Assembly: GCA_047651235.1 (NCBI GenBank)
Contig: CP178758.1
Coordinates: 2,670,001-2,702,000 of the forward strand
DNA: 32,000 nucleotides
Source of the DNA: Candidatus Electrothrix yaqonensis
GTDB lineage: Bacteria > Desulfobacterota > Desulfobulbia > Desulfobulbales > Desulfobulbaceae
Direction of reading: 5' to 3'
In this document: piece by piece, positions 6,880 to 15,700 of the stretch
Layout: every line of letters starts with the position of its first letter
Numbering within the stretch: the stretch's first letter is position 1
Made by a program: the position numbers and the translations under genes
The notes under the pieces: model-generated
The model's database searches: none
The model's input: the letters and a program-made list of their open reading frames with translations, nothing else
Told to the model about the DNA's origin: nothing

Positions 6880-8295
6880 CTACAAATCCCCCGATGCCTG
6901 CCCGTTCATCTCTCTGTACAGTTTCAACGCCATCAGTCCGGCAATCAGTACTCCGGCGATGAGGACAGCCCAGAGCAGCCAGTGCCGCCAGGGCAGTTTT
7001 CGGACCGGCTTAAGCACGGCGGGGTCGCCGAGAATTCTCTGCGGTCCGGCCTGCGCCGTTGTGACTAGTTTTTCTGCCTGCTGCGGCTCAACAGCCCTGA
7101 GCAGGCGATCCACCTGATAACGGGCCGCCTGCAGACCGGCACGACCATACACTAGGGTGAACGGCGGTTTGCCCTGGGCCATAAACAGCAGCTGACCGGG
7201 CAGCCAGCCCAGTTCCATATTCGGGGCCTGATCACCACTGCTGATATCCCCGGTTTCTATGCGCCAGAATCGGTCCGTAGTCGGGCTGATCCGCTGCACC
7301 CCGCTGTCCAGATCAATGCCGTCAACCGTCAGGCGGTAGGCGAGCAGCGAAGCCCGACGCCGCCAGGTACTCTCTTCATCCGGTCTGGAAAAGACCGCAA
7401 CCTGGGCCAGCGAGTTCTGCTCCGGCAGCGATATTCCGAGCTGATCCACTGGAAAGAATCCTTTGGTCTCGTACTGATACCCCCGGATTCCCCTGTTTGT
7501 CATCGGTACAGGTTCGCCGGTCATAGCCAGCAGGCTGCGGGGCCGGGCCTGCTCCTCCCGGTCATAGCCCGCTCTGACCGCAGTTATTTGTACCTCGTCT
7601 TTCCCAGCAGGCCAGGAGAGTCGCAGATAGGTCTTCTGCCGGATGCCCTGCGATATTGGAATTCTTTTCCGCACCAAGGTATGACCACCGAAACGGAGCT
7701 CGGCCAGAGAGACGGAGCGGACCAGCGGCTGCCAGCTGTTCAAGTCAGTACTGCTGTCCACCCGCACTGAGGTGGAAAACTGTTCACCCTGCCCGTCCCA
7801 GGCAAGCTCCAGCCAGTCCGCAGGATGCTCCAGACCGGAGGTATCCACCAGATAGGAACTGACCGACTTGACCGACTGCACCGTATCTTCAGAACTGTTC
7901 AGGCCGATGTCGATAATCGCGCCCTGAGCATTGGTTATGATGCGCAGATCAGAGGACAATCTGCTCTTTCCCGCGCTCTGTCCGGGCAAAGGGAAAAAGG
8001 GCAGATCCTGCGCCGGTCGCTGTTTTTCCGCTTTAATCTGCGGGCGCAGGAGATGCGGCACCGGATTTTGGGCATTGAACACCCGCAGATCACCGAGATC
8101 GGCTCTGGTGCAGCCCTGATAGACCTCGGCAGGCAGGGTCAGTTCATAGATGGGACCTGTACCGTTGAACGATACATCCATGCCAAAGGCAAAATCCTCC
8201 CGCTGCAGTGATGCAGGAGCAGGATTATCTGCAGCCCGGACAGGAACAGCGCAGAAAAGGACAAAAAGCAGGAAAAGCTGCTTCATGACTCTCAT
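6880..8295 (-). CDS. DUF3999-like secreted/anchored protein
   Basis: Signal-peptide-like N-terminus MKQLFLLFVLFCAVPVRAA and a C-terminal TM anchor WLLWAVLIAGVLIAGLMAL. It overlaps the upstream DUF2339-type gene by 4 nt (8292-8295). Family name from memory of the conserved DUF2339-DUF3999 pairing, not searched. Confidence 0.65.
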   Translation of the reverse strand: MRVMKQLFLLFVLFCAVPVRAADNPAPASLQREDFAFGMDVSFNGTGPIYELTLPAEVYQGCTRADLGDLRVFNAQNPVPHLLRPQIKAEKQRPAQDLPFFPLPGQSAGKSRLSSDLRIITNAQGAIIDIGLNSSEDTVQSVKSVSSYLVDTSGLEHPADWLELAWDGQGEQFSTSVRVDSSTDLNSWQPLVRSVSLAELRFGGHTLVRKRIPISQGIRQKTYLRLSWPAGKDEVQITAVRAGYDREEQARPRSLLAMTGEPVPMTNRGIRGYQYETKGFFPVDQLGISLPEQNSLAQVAVFSRPDEESTWRRRASLLAYRLTVDGIDLDSGVQRISPTTDRFWRIETGDISSGDQAPNMELGWLPGQLLFMAQGKPPFTLVYGRAGLQAARYQVDRLLRAVEPQQAEKLVTTAQAGPQRILGDPAVLKPVRKLPWRHWLLWAVLIAGVLIAGLMALKLYREMNGQASGDL

Positions 8296-11057
8296 GATTC
8301 CTCCTCGTTATTTTCGTTTTCCTCGGCAGATGCGGGCGGCAGGGGCGCGAAATAGGCGATGATGATGAGCAGGATACCTACAGCAAGAAAGGAGACGATC
8401 CGCTCCACTGTGCCGCTGTTGGCCAGATCAACCAGAAAGAGCTTGCTGACGGTCACCCCGATCAGGCCGATGCCGACAAACCAGATAGTTCGATGCTTCA
8501 GGCGGTGCGCGGTCACCATCAGGATCAGCGAAAGCATTCCCCAGAAAATTGACAGCGCAGCCTGATACAGGCGGGAGGCAAACATGGCATCCACGTTAAA
8601 CGGGACAGCGCCGAAATGATGGACAGAGCGGGCCAGCACGGCGTTGAGCCAGAGAAAGCAGGTTACTCCTCCGGCAGCCGCAAAGGTCTGCAATGGGATA
8701 TAGGCAGTAACATACTCTCGGCGCAGGAGGAGCCAGCGGAAAAGCAGAAGCAGGACAATAAGCTGGCTCAGCTCTAGGGGATTGAGCAGTGGGAGAAAGG
8801 GCAGCGGCTCGGCATTGCCCGGACTGAGCAGGGCGCCTGCCAGCAGCCAGACCCAGAGCAGAAAGGCGATAATGCCTCCTGCCTGCTCCTGATACTGGGC
8901 CGCATACTCGGACAGCGGCCAGAAGCGGGTCAGGCGTTCGCGCTGCACGAGCTGCAGCATAAGTAGCGGTACCAGCCCCCAGACAATGAGATTCCAGGCC
9001 CCGGTTCCGCCGGTCAGATTATGCACCTGCCAGGCGGCTTCCGAGGTCAGAATTAGGACAAGCAGGAGATAACCGCCGATATGGGTAAAACATAGGGGTC
9101 TCTCCGGCAACCGCGCACGGGCCTGCGCAAGACAGAAGTGGAGCAGGGCAAACAGCACTGGCCAGATCAGCCAGCCCAGATCGGTAGAAACATGCTGGCT
9201 GCCGAAGAATCCATGCCAGCCGATCTTGTCCGCGCCCACCAAGGCTATGACTGGCAGCAACCCCAGACTCGGCCAGGCCGCAATGGGCCAGGAGATCTTT
9301 TTTGCTGTCATCAGCAGCGCAGCGCAGCTCAGCCCGATAAAGAGCAGCACAGCATAGTCGTGATAATTATAGTATGAAACAAGCTGATAGCTCAGCTCAT
9401 TAATTCCGCCGCCGAACCACCAGCCGATCCCCCAGAGAAAAAGCGGCAGATGATGGTATTGTTCAAAACGGCGCAGACTTCCGGCCTGACCGGCCTGATA
9501 CAGATACCAGGAGGAAAACAGGGCAGACAGGCTGATGATAAGGGAACCGAGACAGATCCCGTTGAACAGGATCATCCGGTCGGCAACAGGCTGACTGGAT
9601 GCCAGAAAAAAGAAACCCGCAGCAAACTGCAGCAGTACACCGACGTTTCGGGGAAGAAGGCGGTTCTGCCGTACCCCGACCCAGATGAGAGCAGCGCCTT
9701 CCATTGCCCAGGTCACGGCAGTCCACCGGCCGCTCAGGGCCAGAGGGATGGCCAGGGTGACAAAGGCGACGCTCAGGGCCAGAAACGCCTCGGTCAGGGT
9801 GCGTATTCCCTGGCGCAGCCGCTCATTGCCTCTGTTCCAGAGAAACGAGGCCAGCCCGACATAGAACAAACTGACAGCCAAGGCGCTGAGTGCTAGGCCG
9901 TACGGCATATCCTTGACCAAGGCAGCCTGGAGGGAAAAACAGATGATCGGGGTGCCGAACACCAGCGTGCCGTCCACATAACCGCGCAGCTTGGGCGGCT
10001 GGCGGAAGGCGAACAACACACCGATGGCAGTGAACATCAGAAAAAAGAGGAGAAGAAAGGGCTCAGTGGAGGCAAAATAGCGGGGCTCATAGCTGCTCAC
10101 CCCCCAGGCGCTGCCGATCCCCAGGGTGAAAACAAAGCCCAGCAGGTTCAGCTCCCTCCAGGCCTTGAACCAGGCAATGAGCAGAATACCGCTGTTGAGC
10201 AGGGCGTAATAACTGAACAGGGCCACATGACTGCCGCTGCCGGTGGAAAGCAGAACCGGGGCGAGAAACCCGCCTGTCGTACCGAACAGGGCCAGCGATT
10301 TGGCATCCTGGAGCAGGGCCAGGGCAGCAGAGGTGCAGACCAGCCCGATCATCACGGCAAAGGCAAGGGGCATGGGCAGCAGATCATACAGCTTGAATGC
10401 CGCAAAGACATCGAGAAACAGAAGGCCGATGGCACCGCCCTGCATCAGAAGAGCAAATCCGGGACGTTTCAGCCGCACCTTCCAGCCGAAAATCAGCATG
10501 CCGATGCCTGCCAGCGCCACTCCGAGCAGGCGCAGCTCAATGGACAAAGTGAGCAGCTTGCGATCAACAGCGTATTTCAGCAGAAAGGAAACTCCGAAGA
10601 AGAGCACCAGCAGACCGACCCGCAGAACCACATTGCCCTGGGTGAAGAATTTCCACACAGCGGAAAGAACGCGTTCCACCGGATCAGAGGTATTTTTCGG
10701 GGGAGATGGGGGGGCAGGTTTCGTGCCGGTACTTTCTGTTTTTGAGGAGGGAGAAGACGGAGAGGAAGGTGCCGGTCGGACCGATTCCAGGCCGTCCTGG
10801 TCCGGCCCGGTCTCAACGGTTTTGTTTTCAACCGGGGAAGACGGTTCCGGCTCGTGTTGTTCCTCCTTTTCCGGCTGAAAAATAACCGGCTTTTCTGCCG
10901 GAGCTTCTTCTTTCTGAAGCGACTTCAGCAGGTTCTCATTGTCCGTCAGCCGTTTCTCCACCTGCCTCAGCCGCTTGCACTGCTGCACAACGATACACAG
11001 GAACAGGAGGCTGCCTGCGATAATCCCAACAAGAATTAGTACAATAATTACATCCAT
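8292..11057 (-). CDS. DUF2339-like polytopic membrane protein (921 aa)
   Basis: N-terminal TM helix, a coiled coil (LRQVEKRLTDNENLLKSLQKEE), a Pro/Ser-rich linker (PAPSSPSSPSSK...PAPPSPP), then more than 20 hydrophobic segments. Contains the TTGGFLAPVLLSTG-type motif I associate with DUF2339. GGAGGAGG lies before the ATG. Confidence 0.75.
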   Translation of the reverse strand: MDVIIVLILVGIIAGSLLFLCIVVQQCKRLRQVEKRLTDNENLLKSLQKEEAPAEKPVIFQPEKEEQHEPEPSSPVENKTVETGPDQDGLESVRPAPSSPSSPSSKTESTGTKPAPPSPPKNTSDPVERVLSAVWKFFTQGNVVLRVGLLVLFFGVSFLLKYAVDRKLLTLSIELRLLGVALAGIGMLIFGWKVRLKRPGFALLMQGGAIGLLFLDVFAAFKLYDLLPMPLAFAVMIGLVCTSAALALLQDAKSLALFGTTGGFLAPVLLSTGSGSHVALFSYYALLNSGILLIAWFKAWRELNLLGFVFTLGIGSAWGVSSYEPRYFASTEPFLLLFFLMFTAIGVLFAFRQPPKLRGYVDGTLVFGTPIICFSLQAALVKDMPYGLALSALAVSLFYVGLASFLWNRGNERLRQGIRTLTEAFLALSVAFVTLAIPLALSGRWTAVTWAMEGAALIWVGVRQNRLLPRNVGVLLQFAAGFFFLASSQPVADRMILFNGICLGSLIISLSALFSSWYLYQAGQAGSLRRFEQYHHLPLFLWGIGWWFGGGINELSYQLVSYYNYHDYAVLLFIGLSCAALLMTAKKISWPIAAWPSLGLLPVIALVGADKIGWHGFFGSQHVSTDLGWLIWPVLFALLHFCLAQARARLPERPLCFTHIGGYLLLVLILTSEAAWQVHNLTGGTGAWNLIVWGLVPLLMLQLVQRERLTRFWPLSEYAAQYQEQAGGIIAFLLWVWLLAGALLSPGNAEPLPFLPLLNPLELSQLIVLLLLFRWLLLRREYVTAYIPLQTFAAAGGVTCFLWLNAVLARSVHHFGAVPFNVDAMFASRLYQAALSIFWGMLSLILMVTAHRLKHRTIWFVGIGLIGVTVSKLFLVDLANSGTVERIVSFLAVGILLIIIAYFAPLPPASAEENENNEEES

Positions 11058-11105
11058 TACATCCTCCTCCGCTCATGAGATACCGTCCCGCTGACGATAC
11101 ACATC

Positions 11106-11134
11106 ATTGTACAATTACATGTGAATATCCGCAA
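11106..11134 (-). promoter_or_regulatory. candidate sigma70 promoter for the DUF2339/DUF3999 pair
   Basis: The minus strand reads TTGCGG-N17-TACAAT, about 45 nt upstream of the ATG at 11057. Confidence 0.3.
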
Positions 11135-11173
11135 GAAACAGGATGGTTCTGGCAGAAGATCCGCCTCATCCTG
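11129..11173 (-). terminator. candidate terminator after cheB
   Basis: The minus strand reads CAGGATG-(21 nt)-CATCCTG followed by TTTCTTG. The 7-bp stem is perfect but the loop is large, with some internal pairing. Confidence 0.3.
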
Positions 11174-11185
11174 CTGCAGGGTTGT

Positions 11186-11782
11186 TTACGGAGTGATGGA
11201 ACGCTTCGCGGAGCTGCGTATTGCCGGAAGGCCTGCCAGAAATTTTCCCAGATTTTCCGGGGCAAGTACATGATCAACCTCTGTGCGGGCCAGTGCGGTC
11301 GCGGGCATTTCCGGGAATCTGGCCGTAGCCGGATCCTGCACCACGATCAGACCGCCGTGCTCCCTGATCCGCTGCAGACCGCAGGCACCGTCATGATTGG
11401 CACCAGTCAGGAGGACACCGACCAGCGCGGGGCCGTATACATCTGCCGCGCTTTCAAACAGCACGTCAATCGAGGGCCGGGAGTAATTGACCTTGTCATC
11501 GGCAGACAGGGAAAACGTTTCGTCCCGCTCGATCAGCAGGTGATAATCCGGCGGGGCAACATACACCCGTCCGGGAATAATTTTTTCCTTTTCCTCGGCT
11601 TCCTGCACATCCAGCAGCGAACGGCTGCCGTACAGACGGATCAGGGAATCCTCCTGATCTTTGCGCAGATGCTGGACAAGAATGATTGGCAGGCTGAACT
11701 GCGCCGGAAGCTGGGCCAGTATTGCTGTAAAGACCTCTATTCCGCCGGCTGAAGCCCCGACGACAACCGCTCTGTATTGCAT
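11186..11782 (-). CDS. cheB: CheB-type protein-glutamate methylesterase, catalytic domain only (no receiver)
   Basis: MQYRAVVVGASAGGIE (Ser), ILVQHL (His) and LLTGANHDGACGL (Asp) match the CheB catalytic triad context. Starting at Met33 of the tracked ORF leaves 4 nt after the cheR stop. Confidence 0.85.
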   Translation of the reverse strand: MQYRAVVVGASAGGIEVFTAILAQLPAQFSLPIILVQHLRKDQEDSLIRLYGSRSLLDVQEAEEKEKIIPGRVYVAPPDYHLLIERDETFSLSADDKVNYSRPSIDVLFESAADVYGPALVGVLLTGANHDGACGLQRIREHGGLIVVQDPATARFPEMPATALARTEVDHVLAPENLGKFLAGLPAIRSSAKRSITP

Positions 11783-11786
11783 GGTT

Positions 11787-12653
11787 TCACCTGTGCGCAG
11801 GAGCATTCCGCAGAGTATTCTGCACAATCTGTTTCCGGTATATCCTGTTTTTTTCGTCCACCCGGGTATATCGCGCAAAAATATCTGAAAACCGTAACGA
11901 CTCCTTGGCTCCGAGACAGAGAAACCCGCCGCGGATCAGACTTTCATCAAAAAGATTCAGCACCCGGTCCCGCAACTTCCTGTCAAAATAAATCATTACA
12001 TTACGGCACAGAATCAGGTGCATCTCGCCAAACACCTGGTCGGAGACCAGATTATGGTTGGCAAAGGTGATGCTGCTCCGCAGTTCGCTGTCTATGAGAA
12101 TGTATTCATGATCAGCGTGATAGTATCTGCTGAACGACTCTGCCGAACCGCTCGCCTGATGATTCTCCGTATAGTTCCTGACCTGTTTAAGGGGAAAAAT
12201 TCCTTTTTTCGCTTTTGCCAGAGCTTGGTCATTGATGTCGGTGGCAAAGATGGTCGCCTTGTCCAGCAGTTCTTCTTCTTGCAGCAGGATAGCCATTGAG
12301 TAGGCTTCCTCGCCTGTTGCGCAGCCGGCCAGCCATATTCTGATAAAGGGATAGGTTTTGAGCAGCGGTACGATTTCTTTCCGCACTGCCCGATAAAAGG
12401 AGGGATCGCGGAACATTTCCGTCACCGTGATGGAAAAGTCAATCAGCAGCTGCTGAAACAGGGCAGGCTCGCGAAGGACTCTGGCCAGCAGGACACCTGC
12501 GGTGGCGCAGCCTGTTTTCTCCAGAAACTGCTTGACCCGTCTGGTGATGCTTGCCTTGGCATAGTTGCGGAAGTCATAACCGTAACGGAGAAAAATCCCC
12601 TGCAGCAGCAGGGTGATTTCTGTTTCCTCAATTGTTTTATCCGGTACATTCAT
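11787..12653 (-). CDS. cheR: CheR-type protein-glutamate O-methyltransferase
   Basis: TEMFRDPSFY and IWLAGCATGEEAYSMAILL (SAM-binding region), with the length expected for CheR. Confidence 0.9.
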   Translation of the reverse strand: MNVPDKTIEETEITLLLQGIFLRYGYDFRNYAKASITRRVKQFLEKTGCATAGVLLARVLREPALFQQLLIDFSITVTEMFRDPSFYRAVRKEIVPLLKTYPFIRIWLAGCATGEEAYSMAILLQEEELLDKATIFATDINDQALAKAKKGIFPLKQVRNYTENHQASGSAESFSRYYHADHEYILIDSELRSSITFANHNLVSDQVFGEMHLILCRNVMIYFDRKLRDRVLNLFDESLIRGGFLCLGAKESLRFSDIFARYTRVDEKNRIYRKQIVQNTLRNAPAHR

Positions 12654-12702
12654 TATTGTTTCCCGATGCAGCAGCCCCTTTTATAAATGCGGTTTCAAAC
12701 CG

Positions 12703-15700
12703 CTACCTGTAGAGCCAGACCCGCATCATGGACATGAGCCTGTCCACATCAACCGGCTTTGCCAGGTAGTCACTGGCTCCGGCTTTAATGCATTTTTCTC
12801 GGTCCTCCTTCATGGCCTTGGCGGTCAGGGCAATGACAGGCAGCTTCCAGAACTTTTTCTGCTCACGTATCTTCTGCATCGCTTCATAGCCGTCCATTTC
12901 CGGCATCATGATATCCATCAGCACTATATCGATTCCCTGCCCGCGAGCAAGTTGCTTCAGGGCGCTTCTGCCATTTTCAGCAATAATCACCTCCATGCCT
13001 TTCTGTTCCAGAATGCCGGACAGAGCATAGACATTCCGCATGTCGTCATCCACCAGGAGAACCTTTTTGCCCTGAAATATCTTATCCCGATCATACAGGT
13101 CAGCAATGATCTGCTGTTTTTGAGCAGGCATGCTTTCCACCATTCTATGGAGAAAAAGCGAGGTTTCATCAAGCAGCCGCTCTTTAGAACGGGCATCTTT
13201 AATAATGATAGAATCCGAATACCTGTTCAGTTCCCGTTCTTCTTCCCGGGTGAGTTCTCTGCCGGTATAGATGATGACTGGTGGAATGCTGGCTGCCCCG
13301 TCTGTTTCATTCTCGGTCAGCTGGCGGAGCAGTTCAATGCCGTTGCAGTCGGGCAGACCGAGATCGAGCACCATGCAGTCAAACTGCTGCACGGCCAGCA
13401 GCTCCCTGACCTCTCTGCCGGTTTTCGCTTCAAAGGTCTTTGTGTCGCTGTTGCCGACAAGCTCGACAAGAGCAGCCCGCAGGGTATCATCATCCTCCAC
13501 CACCAGCAGTTTTTTTATCTTCCTGTTGATGACCGATTCAAAGCGGTCAAAGGCCTCGCCAAGCTGCTCTCTGGAGACCGGTTTTGTCAGAAAGCCTATG
13601 GCGCCCTGATGCAGGGCCTTGCGGCTCACCTCTTCCGCCGACATCATGTGTACCGGAATATGGCGGGTGGCGGCATTGGATTTCAGGCTGTTCAGGACAG
13701 TCCAGCCGTCAATGCCGGGCAGGCGTATGTCAAGAATAATCCCGTCCGGGCGGTATTCTTCTGCCAGCTGCAGTCCTTCTTCACCGCAGGCTGTCACCAG
13801 CGCCTTGAAATCAGCTTCATGGCACTGCTGCAGGAGGACTTCGGCAAACCGCTGATCGTCTTCAATAATCAGCATGACTTTGTCTTTGTCAGTGAGTTGG
13901 CTGCGGTCATCCGGGATAGATTGGATAAGTTGATTCTGTTGTGCCGGAATGTTTTTCCTTGCCGGTTCAGCAGTTTGACCAGCCAAAGTCGGCAGCGGCG
14001 GTATCTTCTTTACATTCTCCGGTTTCTCATTCAGCTTCTTCACCTGTTCATTCATCTGCTCATTATTTTCTCTGCTGCTGACCGGCAGATACAGGGTAAA
14101 GGTCGAGCCTTTGTCCGCTTCGCTGACCAGAGCAATCTCACCGCCGAGCAGGGCAGCCAGTTCTCTGGAGATGGATAGACCGAGACCGGTGCCGCCGTAT
14201 TTCCGGGCGGTAGAACCGTCGGCCTGCTGGAAGGCCTCAAAGATCGCCTTCTGCTTTTCAGCCGGAATCCCGATACCGCTATCCTTCACACTGATTGCGA
14301 TGGTCTGTTCAGGCTCCAGCTTCTCCGACAGTCCGGCTGCCCTTTCCTTCATCCGGGCAAAAGTCAGGTCAATCCAGCCTTCAGTCGTAAATTTGATGCT
14401 GTTGCCGAGAAAATTTTTCAGGATCTGTTCCACCCGTTTACGGTCGGTGATGATCACCGGAGGCAGACCGTCGGCAATGGTTATAGAAAAATCAAGCCCT
14501 TTCTTTTCCGCCATATGCCGGAACAAGGTGCGGGCTGTCTCCGCCAGATCAGCCAACCGGACTTCCGCCATTTCTGTGACTACCCGCCCGGCCTCGATCC
14601 TGGCCAGATCCAGAATTTCATTGATCAGGTTCAGGAGATCATGACCCGACTCCACAATGATATCGGCTGAGCGCTGCTGCTTTTTGCTGAGCGTTCTCTC
14701 TCTGTTTTCAGCAAGCGACTGGGCCAGCAGCAGCAGGCTGTTCAGCGGGGTACGCAGTTCATGACTCATATTGGCGAGAAACTCGGACTTGTATTTTGAT
14801 GCCAGGGCCAAGTCCTTGGACCGCTCCTCTATTCTCTCCTTTGCCTCCATGAGTTCCTGGTTGCGCAGCCTGATTTTATCCTTCTGTGCCACTAAAGCTT
14901 CTGATTTTTCTTCAAGCTCGGCATTGGTGGCCTGCAGTTCTTCCTGCCGGCTCTCCAGCTCCTGCTGAAATTCCTTCAGCGCAGTGGTCTGGGACTCCAG
15001 TTCCTCATTTGTTGCCTGCAGTTCTTCACTCTGCTGCTTGAGCTCCTGGGACTGCAGCTGGGTTTCTGCAAGCAGGTCCTCCACTTGCTGACGGTTTTGC
15101 GCCGACCTGAAAGCAACAGCGATATTCTCCGTTACATCGTTGAGAAAATCCATCACTTCATCAGAGAATTCTCTGAAGGCAGCAAATTCAACAACGCCGA
15201 TCAGGTCATTTTCATGGGAAAAGGGAACAGCCAGTATATTGCAGGGAGACGCATCGCCCAGGGTGGAGTTGATACGGACATAGTCCTCAGGCAGCTCGGT
15301 CACGGAAATCAGCGTGTTTTCCAGAGCCGCCTGGCCAGCAAGTCCTTCACCGATTCTGATCCGGCTGTTGATGCTCCTGCGCTTATGAAAGGCATAACTT
15401 CCGGTCAGTACCAGGGTCTTTTCGTCTCTATTCGTTTCATCCTGACGGGCAAGGTATAATGAGGCCATCTGCGCTTCCAGAAATCTGGCCAGATAGGTGA
15501 CCACATTCTGGGCCAATGCCCGGACATCCAGCTCCCCCCGCATCCTGTCGGCCAGTTCCGCCATCCCGGTTTTATACCGGAAATTCTTGGCCACCCTGTC
15601 TGCCATGCGGTCCAGGGCATCGGCCATCTGACCGATTTCATCCAGGCGCCGCATATGAAGACGCTGCTTGAAATCGCCGGAGGCAATGCTGTCCGCTATT

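Noticed and set aside
9138-11752. Plus-strand ORFs over the DUF2339 and cheB genes (e.g. 9450-9896, 10227-10745, 10243-10878, 11075-11752).
   Set aside because: They are antisense shadows with hydrophilic, repetitive R/G/Q-rich translations.
12613-14178. 521-aa plus-strand ORF, the longest unexplained ORF in the track.
   Set aside because: It lies entirely antisense to the hybrid kinase gene, whose frame carries canonical REC and HATPase motifs. Its translation is low-complexity (F/L/H/Q-rich) with no motifs, which is a typical shadow ORF in GC-rich coding DNA.
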